A DNA stretch of 63,596 nucleotides, filler included, from Sphacelaria rigidula (lineage: Eukaryota), in NCBI GenBank assembly GCA_964200075.2. It is 7 parts of 7 records of this genome, joined end to end, with 100 filler letters (N's around TTAATTAATTAA, not from the genome) between each part and the next. Parts side by side here need not be neighbours in the genome. Positions count along the whole stretch, not along the records: positions 36,400 to 45,398 come from CAXNAA020009555.1; positions 45,499 to 54,497 come from CAXNAA020009556.1; 5 more parts are not named here. One strand, 5' to 3'. The position numbers and the translations under genes were made by a program. Of the stretch, positions 36,908-47,869 are shown in pieces. Positions within the stretch are counted from its first letter, which is position 1. The number at the start of each line of letters is the position of its first letter. A model generated the notes under the pieces. The model searched no databases and was not told where the DNA came from. It saw nothing but the letters and a program-made list of their open reading frames with translations.

Positions 36908-38776
36908 CTGTAGAGTAGTCCATCTACATTATCCATTATGTAGATATGCGGCGGATCCTGGATTGAATGTTTGGATGATGACTATTGGATGCGTAACATA
37001 TCGTGTTCGTGAGGAATGCCCGTGAAGCTTACTTCTGGCTAACGAAGACTGCGTGGTGCAAGGCGTTGGGCCCGCCGGAGGTCTGGGTTAGTGACACCTC
37101 ATTGCACTTTAAGAACCATGGGATGCGAGCATTGGAGAAGGCGCTGAAGCTGGACAGGAGATTTGCGGTTCCAAACCCGCCGTGGTCAAACGGTACGTGT
37201 GAAAGGATGATGCGCGAGGTTGTCCGCACTTTGAAGGCCATGCTGCAAGAAGAAAGGCGCGACGTTCGTGACTGGGTGGGACTGGTGCCTGCCGCCCAGT
37301 GGGCATTGAACACGGCATTCCGCGAGCGCTACGCCAGTACGCCATACCATGTGATGTTTGGACGGGCGCCGCGCACAAGTTTTTCAACCCTGGCATCGTC
37401 GACTGGCGGCGAGTGGCGATTTGATGTGCTGGATGATGACACATTCTGCGGGAGAAGGTGGCGTCAGTCGTGGAGGCGCAGCAAGCGTTTCACAAGGAGG
37501 TGGCGCAGTGTGTTGAGAAGACTCGTGAACTGCAACGACGTGTAGCTAGTGAGGGACAGTTGCCAAATTCCATGGTGGGTGACCATGTGTTGGCTGCGAG
37601 GGTTAGGCGCTCAGGCACAACGCCAAAACTCGTAAGTACGTGGACAGGACCGTGGAGGATCGTGGAAGCGGAGCATCAGCATGTGTACGAGATTCAGAAT
37701 ATCGTCAACGGAGAGGTGAAGGACGCGCATGTCTCCCGTCTACGGTACTACGCGGACAAGCAGCTGGCGGTCACTGCGGATCTGAAGGAAGTGTCCCAGT
37801 ATGCGTTTGCGCAAGGAGAATTCGAGATGGAGGCGATCGTTGACTTGTCCGAGACCCAAGACGGTGATGGGCTCGTTGTACACGTGGAACGGGTAGGTTT
37901 CGGCAAGGATGAGAGCTCGTGGGAGCCTCTGGAAACCATTTTGGAAGGAGCCCCGCAGTTCGTACGTTCTGAATTGCGTAAGTTGCGACTAACAAAGCAG
38001 GTACGGGCCCGTTTGCTGACTAAGTATGAGCTTAAGCTCTGATCGATTGGGTTTCAAGCTGTGATTGGTTGTTGGCGTAGTTCATGGATTCTACTATGCA
38101 ATTTGGCGTACGTTGAGTATACCGCTTGGTCATTGTTTGCCTAACATGTTGGAGTAGTTCGTGCTGGTGTGTTAGGATTTTACTGGGGGGGGCATCGTGA
38201 TTTGACCTGATGTGGTTTGATAGTGCTTGTCTCTTGTTGACATTGTAGGGTACTGTCGGTGTCTACTGTTTCGTCAAATTCGCTTTCTACTTCAAGAAGT
38301 GCGAAGTTTTGGAGGGTGCTGTAGAGTAGTCCACCTACAGTATACATCATGTAGATATGCGGCGGATCCTGGACTGATTGTTTGGGGAATGACTATTGGA
38401 TGCGTAACATATCGTGTTCGTGAGGAAAGCTCGTGAAGCTTACTTCTGTTTAACGAAGACTGCCGTTTGTATAACTGCTTGAAGTTTTGAAGTCTCGGGA
38501 GCCCGTGACTGGGAGGAAGCCTCTGGTGCAGCACTGTAACCTTTTCCTGATTGCAGGCAGGTTCACAGGCAGTAGATGGTAGTGTTTGGCAGTGCGATGG
38601 ATGGGACTTGATGTGTACGATGTCAAAACAAGCGGTCACCGTCTCTACCGTATATATACAAGTTCATACTCGTACCTGATCAACTCTGAACAGACCTGCA
38701 GTCTTCGGTTTTTAGGATACCCTAATTGCAAATATGAAGCCGGACTCGTCAACGGGTCTGAGGCTGCATGATAACA
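36908..38776 (+). mobile_element. Internally deleted Ty3/Gypsy element D
   Basis: LTR fragment 36908-37052 matches 38319-38463; integrase at 37054-38042; poly-G PPT at 38185-38192; 3' LTR ~38196-38776 ending ATAACA. Confidence 0.85.
37054..38042 (+). pseudogene. pol: Gypsy integrase core (partial) + chromodomain, one frameshift near 37445
   Basis: PEVWVSDTSLHF, PWSNGTCERM, TPYHVMFGR, PKLVSTWTGPWRI, FEMEAIVDL..VGFGKDESSWEPLE. Confidence 0.9.
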
Positions 38777-40596
38777 GACTAGTGTGCGTCCTCATGACAC
38801 CAACCCACCCAGACCAACCTTCATGACAGCTGCGAGGATCTATCTTCAAAGCAGCGAAAACTAAGGTTTTTCTTTATCCCTACAGTCATGAGCGGCTAAT
38901 GAAGCATTCCTAAGAAAGCACTCCCGTACCCAGCACTCGCGTACCCACTCCCACACCTCAAAGAAGGAAGCGTAGACTGCTCCGAGGAGCAGGAATCCTG
39001 CTCCGAAAGTCGGAAGCACAAGCTGCGTCTGCGTGCTAGCGATCAACGAAGAAGCACGAATTGCTTCCGCGTCCCAGCAAAACGAAGGAGGGAAAACAGG
39101 GAGGTACACCAGGGAGCAGAGCTTCAACATGGGGGAATCCAAAGGTACAACAGGGAGCAGAGCTTCAACCTGGGGGTATCCAAATCAAGCCCTTTCCACC
39201 AGTACCGATACAACAGATGCGTGTCTTTGGACGGGCGGATCCAATGAAAGACATGAATGAAGCTTCGGTGCCATGTGGCTTCAGCGAAAGTGGGCGGACG
39301 ACTTTATGCTGTCTATTGGATCATCTGGACGCAGGATACTTTACCATTCGGGGGAGTAAGGTGGTTCATCTTCATCTTAGTGTGGAAAACGAAATCCGGA
39401 TCTTTCGTGGTGGCTGTGCTCCTAGCATACTCCTTCCGTGGCAAGAATGCGCATTGTCTAAATCGGCGCCTGGGGGTCGATTTGAGCTCTGGCAACGCAC
39501 CCTTTGCCCAGGCAACACGTTGCACCCCCCTTGCCCGAGGGTTCTTGGTATATACCTTCGTTGTGGTTAGGGTCAGGGCCACTGTTATAAGTTGTTCTCT
39601 CCCCTGCCGCGAGGTCGCGAAGATTGTTCTAGCTTCTGGGGGTTTGGTCGAAGGTTCAAATTCTACACCTGTCGAACATTCCACATATCTGCTGTATCAA
39701 CCATCTGCACTATCAAGAGTTTTTCATGGGTGTCATGTATTCTGAGGTCGTTAGACAGGGGGAAGGCGTACTCATTTGTTGCTTGCCTTAGTCGTTTGAC
39801 CATTCATCACGCGTCCCTTTCGAGACGCAGCACCGTTCCTAATCCTATCTGAGACACCTCCAACATTCTGCCGCTCATTACGTTTCTTTCATAGCTCATG
39901 ACGCTGTCGTTGGACAGGGGTGAGGTTTTCGCGTTTTGTGGAAAACGGCGAGGGTTGCAGGCGCGTGTTTGCGATCATAGCCCAATCTGATTCAGAAAAT
40001 ACTCATCACCACGGCCATCGATTGGGATGCAACGTTTTGCATCATCTGCGCCAAGACGACAGCTACAACTGTACCAGAGGAATGTTTTCTTTTTCATCAG
40101 GATGAGAGTTGTATAACGAATCAAGTAAAACAAACATGGGTTATGGCGATTTTCTCGATCACCGTAACGTCTTTGGGAAAACCATCGCGTCCAACTGTAG
40201 CTTGGACAGATACACGCCGGTGAGTAGCCGAGTCACGCCGCGGTTCGTACTCCGAAACAAGAAACCTTTGAAACCGTGAAATGGAAGCCCTGCTCGAATC
40301 AAAAGTACTTTGAGGGATTTCACGGCGTGCATAGTCAGGGGATGAACAACATTTCCGGTCTGTTCGTGCTTTTGGTCGGTGACAAGGTTTTGCCCATTTT
40401 GGGGGGTCAGGCGCGCCCATAACAGTTGATGTATTTTCAGGGAGCGGGTGCTATTTGCCAAACATGTACAAGTGAGACATCACTGAAGTGAGGGAGTATG
40501 GTACACTCAGGGGAGGGCTTACAAATTATCCTTGTTCCTGAGGCTTAGTCACCGAAGCCGAAGACCGTCGGCGGTGCAGCAGTGGAAGTATCAGAC

Positions 40597-41056
40597 AACA
40601 GGGGATGCTATATAATGAGGTCGATCAATGAAATGAGGTTTGAGGAGGCTAGCCAGTATGCGACAAAAACCCGAGGGAAATACCGTCCACAAGTGCCTTC
40701 GATTGATACCGGAGGGGTGCAGTCATGATCATGCATGCCAAAGTCATCAGACCATTGATACCGGAGGGGTGTAGTCATGATCATGCATGCCAAAGTCATC
40801 AGACCATTGATACCGGAGGGGGGGGGGCGTACTCATTTGTTGCTTGCCTTACTCGTATGACTATTGACCTTTCGAGACGGGGCGTGGTCAATGATCAAAC
40901 AAGTAAGGTAAGCAACAAATGAATACGCCCCCAACCCCCCCCGGCATCGATGGAAGGCACTTGCGGACAGTGCTTCCCTCGGGTTTTTGTCGCATACTGG
41001 CTAGCCCCCTCAGACCTCCTTTCAATGATCAACCTCATTTTATAGAATCCCCTGTT
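40597..41056. mobile_element. Palindromic foldback element, AACAGGGGAT...ATCCCCTGTT, near-TSD AGAC/AGAT; two internal 52-bp tandem units
   Basis: 40597-40717 is the reverse complement of ~40935-41056; inner hairpin at 40825-40935; fragments of the same family at 18040-18100, 27395-27465 and 39755-39830. Confidence 0.82.
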
Positions 41057-41109
41057 AGATGTAGAAATAGTGTTTGAGTTGAGCTCTGGCAACGCACCCT
41101 TCAAGACTG

Positions 41110-42810
41110 CTTGGAGGCTGGGGCGTTTGCCTCCGATCTCGTTTACGATTATGCCGGCGTCGGATGGCGTTGTTCTTCTGGGGTTGCCGACGCTTCAGGA
41201 TCTAGGAGTCGACCCATATGAGCGGTTGAAGGACTCCATCAAGACGCGGTTGTCTCCGCCTAGTCCACACGTGGAGACGCCCGCCTTTTTGGGCAGTCGT
41301 CGCGTGAGCTTGTCGGTAGATGCTTCCCAGCAAGCTGGGAGGCAGGTGACCGAGGAGCGGGATGCGGCGGTGGAACGCTTTGTAGAGCGCGGCCTGGACA
41401 TGTTCATGGACCCGGCGGAAGAGGGGTTTGCTCGAAAGGTCGCGCTGGAGGAGAGCGTGACGAACGCTGTGGCGAAAGGCCTCAGCGTCCCCAAGGCGAT
41501 ACGCCTGCGCGCCATCTTGCATCGCCGCGCCAACGCCTTTCGTCGTACGCTACGGGGTGATCCCACTGCGCGCGTGGAGCCCATGCGTGTCCAGCTGAAA
41601 CCTGGGGCATCCGCGGTGAAAGCGAAGCCGCGACGGTACGATCCGGTGGAGTCCAGCTGGGTGGCGTCGTGCATGGCGGCTCTTTTGGCGCTTGGATTGG
41701 TAGTCCGGAACCTGCAGGCTGTATGGTCCAGTCCGGCGATGACGGTTCTCAAGAAACAATCGTTCCGCCTGGTAGGCGAGTACAAGGCCGTAAGTGATCA
41801 GGTTGAGAAGTCGCCGGGTGTGATGCCCAATCAAGAGTCGGACATGCGTGATCTCTTGATTGCTCGCTTTTTTGGCAAGTTGGACCTCCTCCAGGGTTAT
41901 TGGCAGATGTCGTTGGCGGAGGAGGCGCAGGAGATTTTCACAATCACGATCCCGTTTGGCTCGTTTACCCCGAAGCGAGTGCCGCAAGGCGTGTTGAATG
42001 CCACGGCATATTTTCAAGGACAGAACTGCTCGTCGCCTTGAAATGCAAAATATGGGTGGATGATGTGTTTATTTTCGTGTGGACACATAAGAAGAACTTT
42101 CAGACACGCTTGAAGCTATCTTGACTCGTTTAGAGAATGTTGGTCAGTTTGCGGCGGCGCACAAATGCTCTTTTTTCGCTAGTGAACTCGTGTGGTGTGG
42201 GAAAGTGTACTCACACGGACGCGTATCTCATGAACCTATCAGATTGCAAGTCTTGTCTGACATGCGGCGCCCAGAGACGGCCGCGAAACTCATGCAATTC
42301 CTGCAGGCTGCGAATTGGCTGCGTACCTCGTTGCTGCGTTTGGCAGAAACCGCAGCTCCCTTGCGGTTTGTTTTCTAGAATAACTCATGGCAGGTGCTGC
42401 GAGGCGGACGAAGCGGGTTGCAAACAACCGCGCATCCCGCCTGCATCGTGAACGGAGGGCAGGTTGCAAGCGTGGGCGGCAGTGAAGGATCTGGTACCTC
42501 ACGCCGTGACGCTGTCCCATCCTCGTCCTGATCGTCAGGTACTCATATCTCCGGGTGCATCTGAGTGCCATTGGGGTAGCTTCGTTACGCAGGTGCCTAA
42601 AGCTGAAATGTAAAGGCGCCCGCCGGTTGAGGATATGACGCACGAACCGCTGGCTTTCCTCAGTAGCAATTCCAAGGGTCCGCAGTTGCGATGGGCCACA
42701 ATTGATGAGGAAGGTTGTGCTACCGTAAGCACTTTTCGTCGTTTGGAACGTCTTTTGTGGGATGGCGTGCACAATTTCACGGATCACCGAAATCTCGTGT
42801 ACATTCTCCG
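41110..42810 (+). pseudogene. pol: Gypsy pol fragment: protease tail, reverse transcriptase, RNase H; disrupted
   Basis: VVLLGLPTLQDLG, FGKLDLLQGYWQM, KRVPQGVLNATAYFQ, KIWVDDV, EPLAFLS...RWATIDEE...FTDHRNL; several stops and frameshifts. Confidence 0.92.
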
Positions 42811-44918
42811 CCAGTCCTTCTTCTGGCTGGCGTCACAAGGCACTCCATGTGTCGTGCGGTGTTCGCATACGAGGTTCAACATTGCTTTTCGTGATATTGA
42901 GAGTAGAGGATACGATGGAGAGTGAAGAGCGGCCAATTAGTGAATGAATCGTTTCAGTTCCGAAAGGGCCCTCCGCGAGGCCATATATGCTTCCTGTAGT
43001 AGCCTGCCACTGAGGCCCTTGATATCCCTGAGTAGGATATCGACGTGTAGCTATGAGCACACGCCAGTGATGGAGACAAAGAAGAGCACACACGGAACAA
43101 AAAAATGGCCAAGTGAAAGCTAATGATCAAAACACTCTCAATCAGCGCTCTACTCTGAATCTCACGAAAACGTTGTTGTTCATGGAATGAACCCTGCTAG
43201 GTTCTATAATAATCGCGACATGAAAATGAAGATATATTACTTACAACAATTGGGCAATCGACGGACACTAATTATTTTCTAGATCTACTGTTGCTGTTAG
43301 ATATCTCATTGCAGATGGTGCTGATCTCGTCATTTTCTTGCCTCTGGCGGCAAAATAAAGGGCAGGGTTATGATACCTGCCCGTGTATGGCGTGCATAAC
43401 TATGGTAAACATCTTCCTCAAAGCTTCTCTGCGACACGTGGGGGCAGTCGGACAGGCTAGGGTGTGATCGACCGGCTCTCTCGGGATGGTGCAGCAGCAT
43501 ACATGAGCAAAAATACCGACTGTAGAAAGCCCCGTGCATAGATTGCGGCATGCTTTTTTCTGTGAGTTGTATGCGCAGATACACCCATTTGAACCACCAG
43601 CTATACACGTTTCAGACGGTGCGGTAGCGTACACTCGTAGCAGCACTGCAGGCAAGCAGACAGCTACTGGATTATTTCTGTTCTCCACTACGAAAGTGCG
43701 TATTCTGCAAACAAACGACGACCGCACCGTACTTGACCCCAACAGCTCCAACACCCCGGCCGCAGCACACACCGTCTAAGGAGATAGATACCGCCGACCC
43801 CGATGCTTTTTACTCTTCGGCATAGCCCAGGGTGTCACTAGCAACGTTTCTGATTATTCTCGCATGCTTACGAGCGCCACGGCGTGCAGCTCTGCGGAGT
43901 ATTGCGCTACGGTCCGAAATATTTGGCGTTCGCCAAACGTAAAGGCTTGGCGAAAAAATCTCGCCGCTTCATTTTCGGAGAACGCCAAGACCCAGATGCG
44001 AAAACGCCAAAAATCGTAGTGATCTCCGAAACAACTGTGTAGAAAATAGGGCAATATACCAAAAAGGGTACACCCTGGTGCTTTAGGAGCAAGAAAGGGT
44101 CGCGCATTTTTTCGCTTTGGGGCGCGGCGCTGCACGCTGGCTGAACACCTCGAAAACGCGTCCCAGCGCCCCAGCCCCACGCCCAAGGTCCCTGGGCAGC
44201 ATACGCGGCCATTTTGTTTCACTTTCACAAGTGTTACTGGGCTGAGCTACCGCGCCGAAAATGAGAGCATGTGAGAGTACCCCTTTTTGTAAGCAAAACA
44301 GGAGGGTACACCCTGCCCTCTGCTAAAAAAATCATATCAATCCTATTTTGTTCTACTGTTGTCCCCTTTCTGTCAAGTGGTGACCCTTTTGTGTAAAGTG
44401 GTGACCGTACCGCCGTCTCAGCGCAAGGTACGCCGAGCAGTCACAACCATAGTCATTTTCGGTAAAACTACACCCCGCCAAAGAAGGCCGAAACCCAACG
44501 ACCAGGACAGTGTAGCCCCCCTGTTGGTTGGCCCGAAGACCCGGAAGATCCAACGATGCGTACAGGTCCCTTGTGTGCCGGACTTCACGAAGATCCAACG
44601 AACATGGGTGAACCTCTTGCCGACATACCAGCCCGAACGGCATCATGCGGGGGCGGCAACGTCAGACCGTTGCCGGATCTGCAATGTGCCACTCAGAAAC
44701 GGAGATGGACACCGACCGGATTCAGGGTTGGAGCAAGAACGCCTGAATCCAACACCGTAGACTGTACAATCCCCTGTCTTCCTCCGATCGTTGCCGTTGC
44801 ACCCATGAGACCATCACTTGGGATACTCAAAGCTGCGAGACCAGCGCACCGCCCAATATATGTCCACATACTTTTGAAAAAATGCGTTTTGTGCTGTGAT
44901 GAAACGACTGCTCTGAAA

Positions 44919-45348
44919 CTCAGATGTGGCATCGTTCATCTGGCCCCATGTGAGGGGCGTCTGTGTTGCAAGAGTGAAACTTGTTCCTACATTACATTCA
45001 CTAGACTTGGTCCTGTATAACTGTATCTAGAGGGCGCACAACGTCAACCGGGTTCGAAAATACAAAATACATGAACGACGGACCCTTTTTACGATATCCC
45101 CTCCCCAAAACCAGCTTTTTTTATATTGAAAGCTGGTTTGGGGGGGGGGGGCTATCGTAGAAAGGGTCCGTCGTTCATGTATTTTGTGTTTTCGAACCCG
45201 GTTGACGTTGTGCGCACTCTAGATGCAGTTATGCAGGACCAAGTCTAGTGAATGTAACGTAGGAACAAGTTTCACTCTTACAACACAGACGCCCCTCACA
45301 TGGGGCCAGATGAACGATGCCACATCTGAGCCCCCCCCAAAACCAGCT
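44919..45348. repeat. ~200-bp-arm palindrome followed by a third copy of its loop-proximal 18 bp
   Basis: 44919-45118 versus ~45130-45330 are reverse complements with few mismatches; CCCCAAAACCAGCT recurs at 45335-45348. Confidence 0.92.
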
Positions 45349-45398
45349 GAAAGTGTCACGAAAAAAATGGCCATACAGCGCCTGATGTTCGGGTTCAG

Positions 45399-45498
45399 NN
45401 NNNNNNNNNNNNNNNNNNNNNNNNNNNNNNNNNNNNNNNNNNTTAATTAATTAANNNNNNNNNNNNNNNNNNNNNNNNNNNNNNNNNNNNNNNNNNNN
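45399..45498. other. Artificial contig linker
   Basis: N44-TTAATTAATTAA-N44. Confidence 0.99.
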
Positions 45499-46353
45499 AG
45501 GATGGCCTACAGTGTCCAGTAAGATACACCAAGTCAGGGTAAGGTACAACAGTCTAGTGATATACCTGTTTGAGTTCCGGGTACTATGCACGATGACTTT
45601 ATATTGTGATATTAGTGACTGGACATACGTGAGTGGTGCTTGTCACATCCTGAGACTTTGGTGCCTACTGGGGTCACTCCCCTTCCTTCCCTCTTCATCA
45701 ACAAAGCTTTATATACATTTCTACCTCATCTTGATCGGCAGTCAGCCGTGTCCATTCATCGACTATCGCAGTCGTGTCCATCGATCGACTATCTGAGTCG
45801 AGTCTGTACCCCATCCTCTCACGGGGTCACGAAGCTACAAACATGCTCCACCCAGCCCAGCCGGCTGGGAGGCGTAACCACGTGTGTTTAGTAGTCTGTC
45901 CATCAAACACCTTGTACCCCAATCACGAATCACGATTTCCAGCAGCGCATACAAGTTGTGGTGCTTGGATCCATACCTTGTTTGAGCCACCGGCTCTTCG
46001 GTTTGAAATCTAAGGGTTCTCACATACAGTACACCAGCATACGAATGTTCAGCGCTCCCATTTTCGTAGTGTGAGAGCACTTTCGAGATGAGGCGCTGGT
46101 GAAGTATGGGAACCTTGGTATTGATTGAAATCATCAAGCGTACGAACACTATCCAGACCGCACGCCTCGGATATCCGAGTGCATAACAACTCTGCACCTG
46201 TGCAGCGTAAGGATGAGTGTTGTTTAATTTTTGGGTTGTTCCCCAATGTACTACAAGCTGTCTGTCAAGGCATGTATTGCATACACTCCCTCGACATATC
46301 GCTCGAACTCTATGGACTTCCCTCATCGTGACAAACATTCCTCCGACGCATGT

Positions 46354-46793
46354 AACACGGGATCTTATAACTTGGGGATGGATCTTTTATTGAGGATGAG
46401 AGATCCGAAGAATTAAAACATTCGAATCCTCACCAAATCTTCGGAACATGATTCCATTCCTTCACCTACTGATAGCTGTTGACAACTGCTACACGCCAAA
46501 GGAATTTGGATTTCGATCACCGAACCTTTGGGGTCCTGGATGAAAAACCAATATCGGAACCATCTTTGCGTCCGTTTGAACACCCGAAATTCCCTCAAAT
46601 TCTTTTTTCACCTAGGATCCCAACATTTCGGTGACCGAAATCCAAATTTCCATGGCATGTAGCAGTTGTCAATAGCTATCAGTAGGTGAATAAATGAAAC
46701 CATGTTCCGACGATTTGGAATACGAAGATTTGAATTCTCCGGCTTCCTAATTCCCAATAAAAGTTCCATCCCCAATTTGTAAGATCCCGTGTT
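46354..46793. mobile_element. Palindromic foldback element, AACACGGGATCTT...AAGATCCCGTGTT, near-TSD ATGT/CTGT
   Basis: Interior homologous to 12296-12737 (CCTTCACCTACTGATAGCTGTTGACAACTGCTAC) but with different terminal ~20 bp. Confidence 0.85.
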
Positions 46794-47869
46794 CTGTGAG
46801 TAAAACAGTGGTATTTCGTGTTTGAACAACCACTACGGTGTTTCGAAATCGATACCGTCAAAGGATTGGTACCGATGAAGTTGCACTGCGGTGCGTATCC
46901 GAAGTGAGGGCCACAGCGGTTGTCGCCAAGGTTCCAAACGCCATTACCAGCAACCACACGTGCTCCCATACACACCAGACTGTATCAACTACCACCGTAG
47001 TCAGCCCAGTACTTCGCGCCAGTGTACGACCAAAAATGTGATTCTGATAAGCACGTGTACCACCCGACAATTTTACACTGAAACCTGTCTGGAGTACAAA
47101 ATGGTGGGATCATGCTTTCCCGACGACACCCGAAACCATGGTGCAAGACTCCGTACTTGATAGCAGGCCCGGTGTTTGATACACAAAGAAGAACAAAAAC
47201 GATCCACAGCCTGAAGAAACTCTCCCCCCAGCCTCTGGTGATCTATCGTTCTACGAGAATGAATCCAAGCCAACCACGGCTCCCGACCACATACCAAAAC
47301 TAAACGGTGCCGTCTCATTTCATACGCGGCCAGCGGTCCCACGTCTCAAAAGCGGGTGAACGTCAACCGGCGCTAGCTCAGGCTTGTGGTGTGGGTACAA
47401 CGGGTCCGATCTGTCCTGGGTCAAGGGTCCTACTCGGGCACGATCCTGCGAAATCACACGTGGATGTAGCTCTCACGGTGAAAAATTGTGTTGTTCCATC
47501 ATTGGAATTGATCACTTTAGTGTACCACTTCATAGTTCAAACTGTTGGCAGCTAACTCCTCCCCGACCATCGGGGTGGGAGGCCACGTCTCTTGCAGGTA
47601 TCCACATGCCGAGAGAGGAGCTGCCTCGCGGTATTGTGTTGCTGCCCCTACGGCTATCCACCGTAGGATACATGGTAGCCCAGACGTCCACAGGGCGTCG
47701 GGTCCCTTTCTAGTCGAGCATACTTATCCCACTATGGACCATGACCACAGGGAACCCTCGCTTTCCGTTGCTCCACGGGTTGGAGAAGGATCCCCGGCAG
47801 TGAACCGGTCGGTAAGCTAAGAGCTCACACCGTCACGAGTACTCCCGCGAACTTTCCAACAGCGCCAGG

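Noticed and set aside
43803-44315. CAGGGTG...CACCCTG hAT-like element
   Set aside because: Two alternative right ends and no 8-bp TSD for either.
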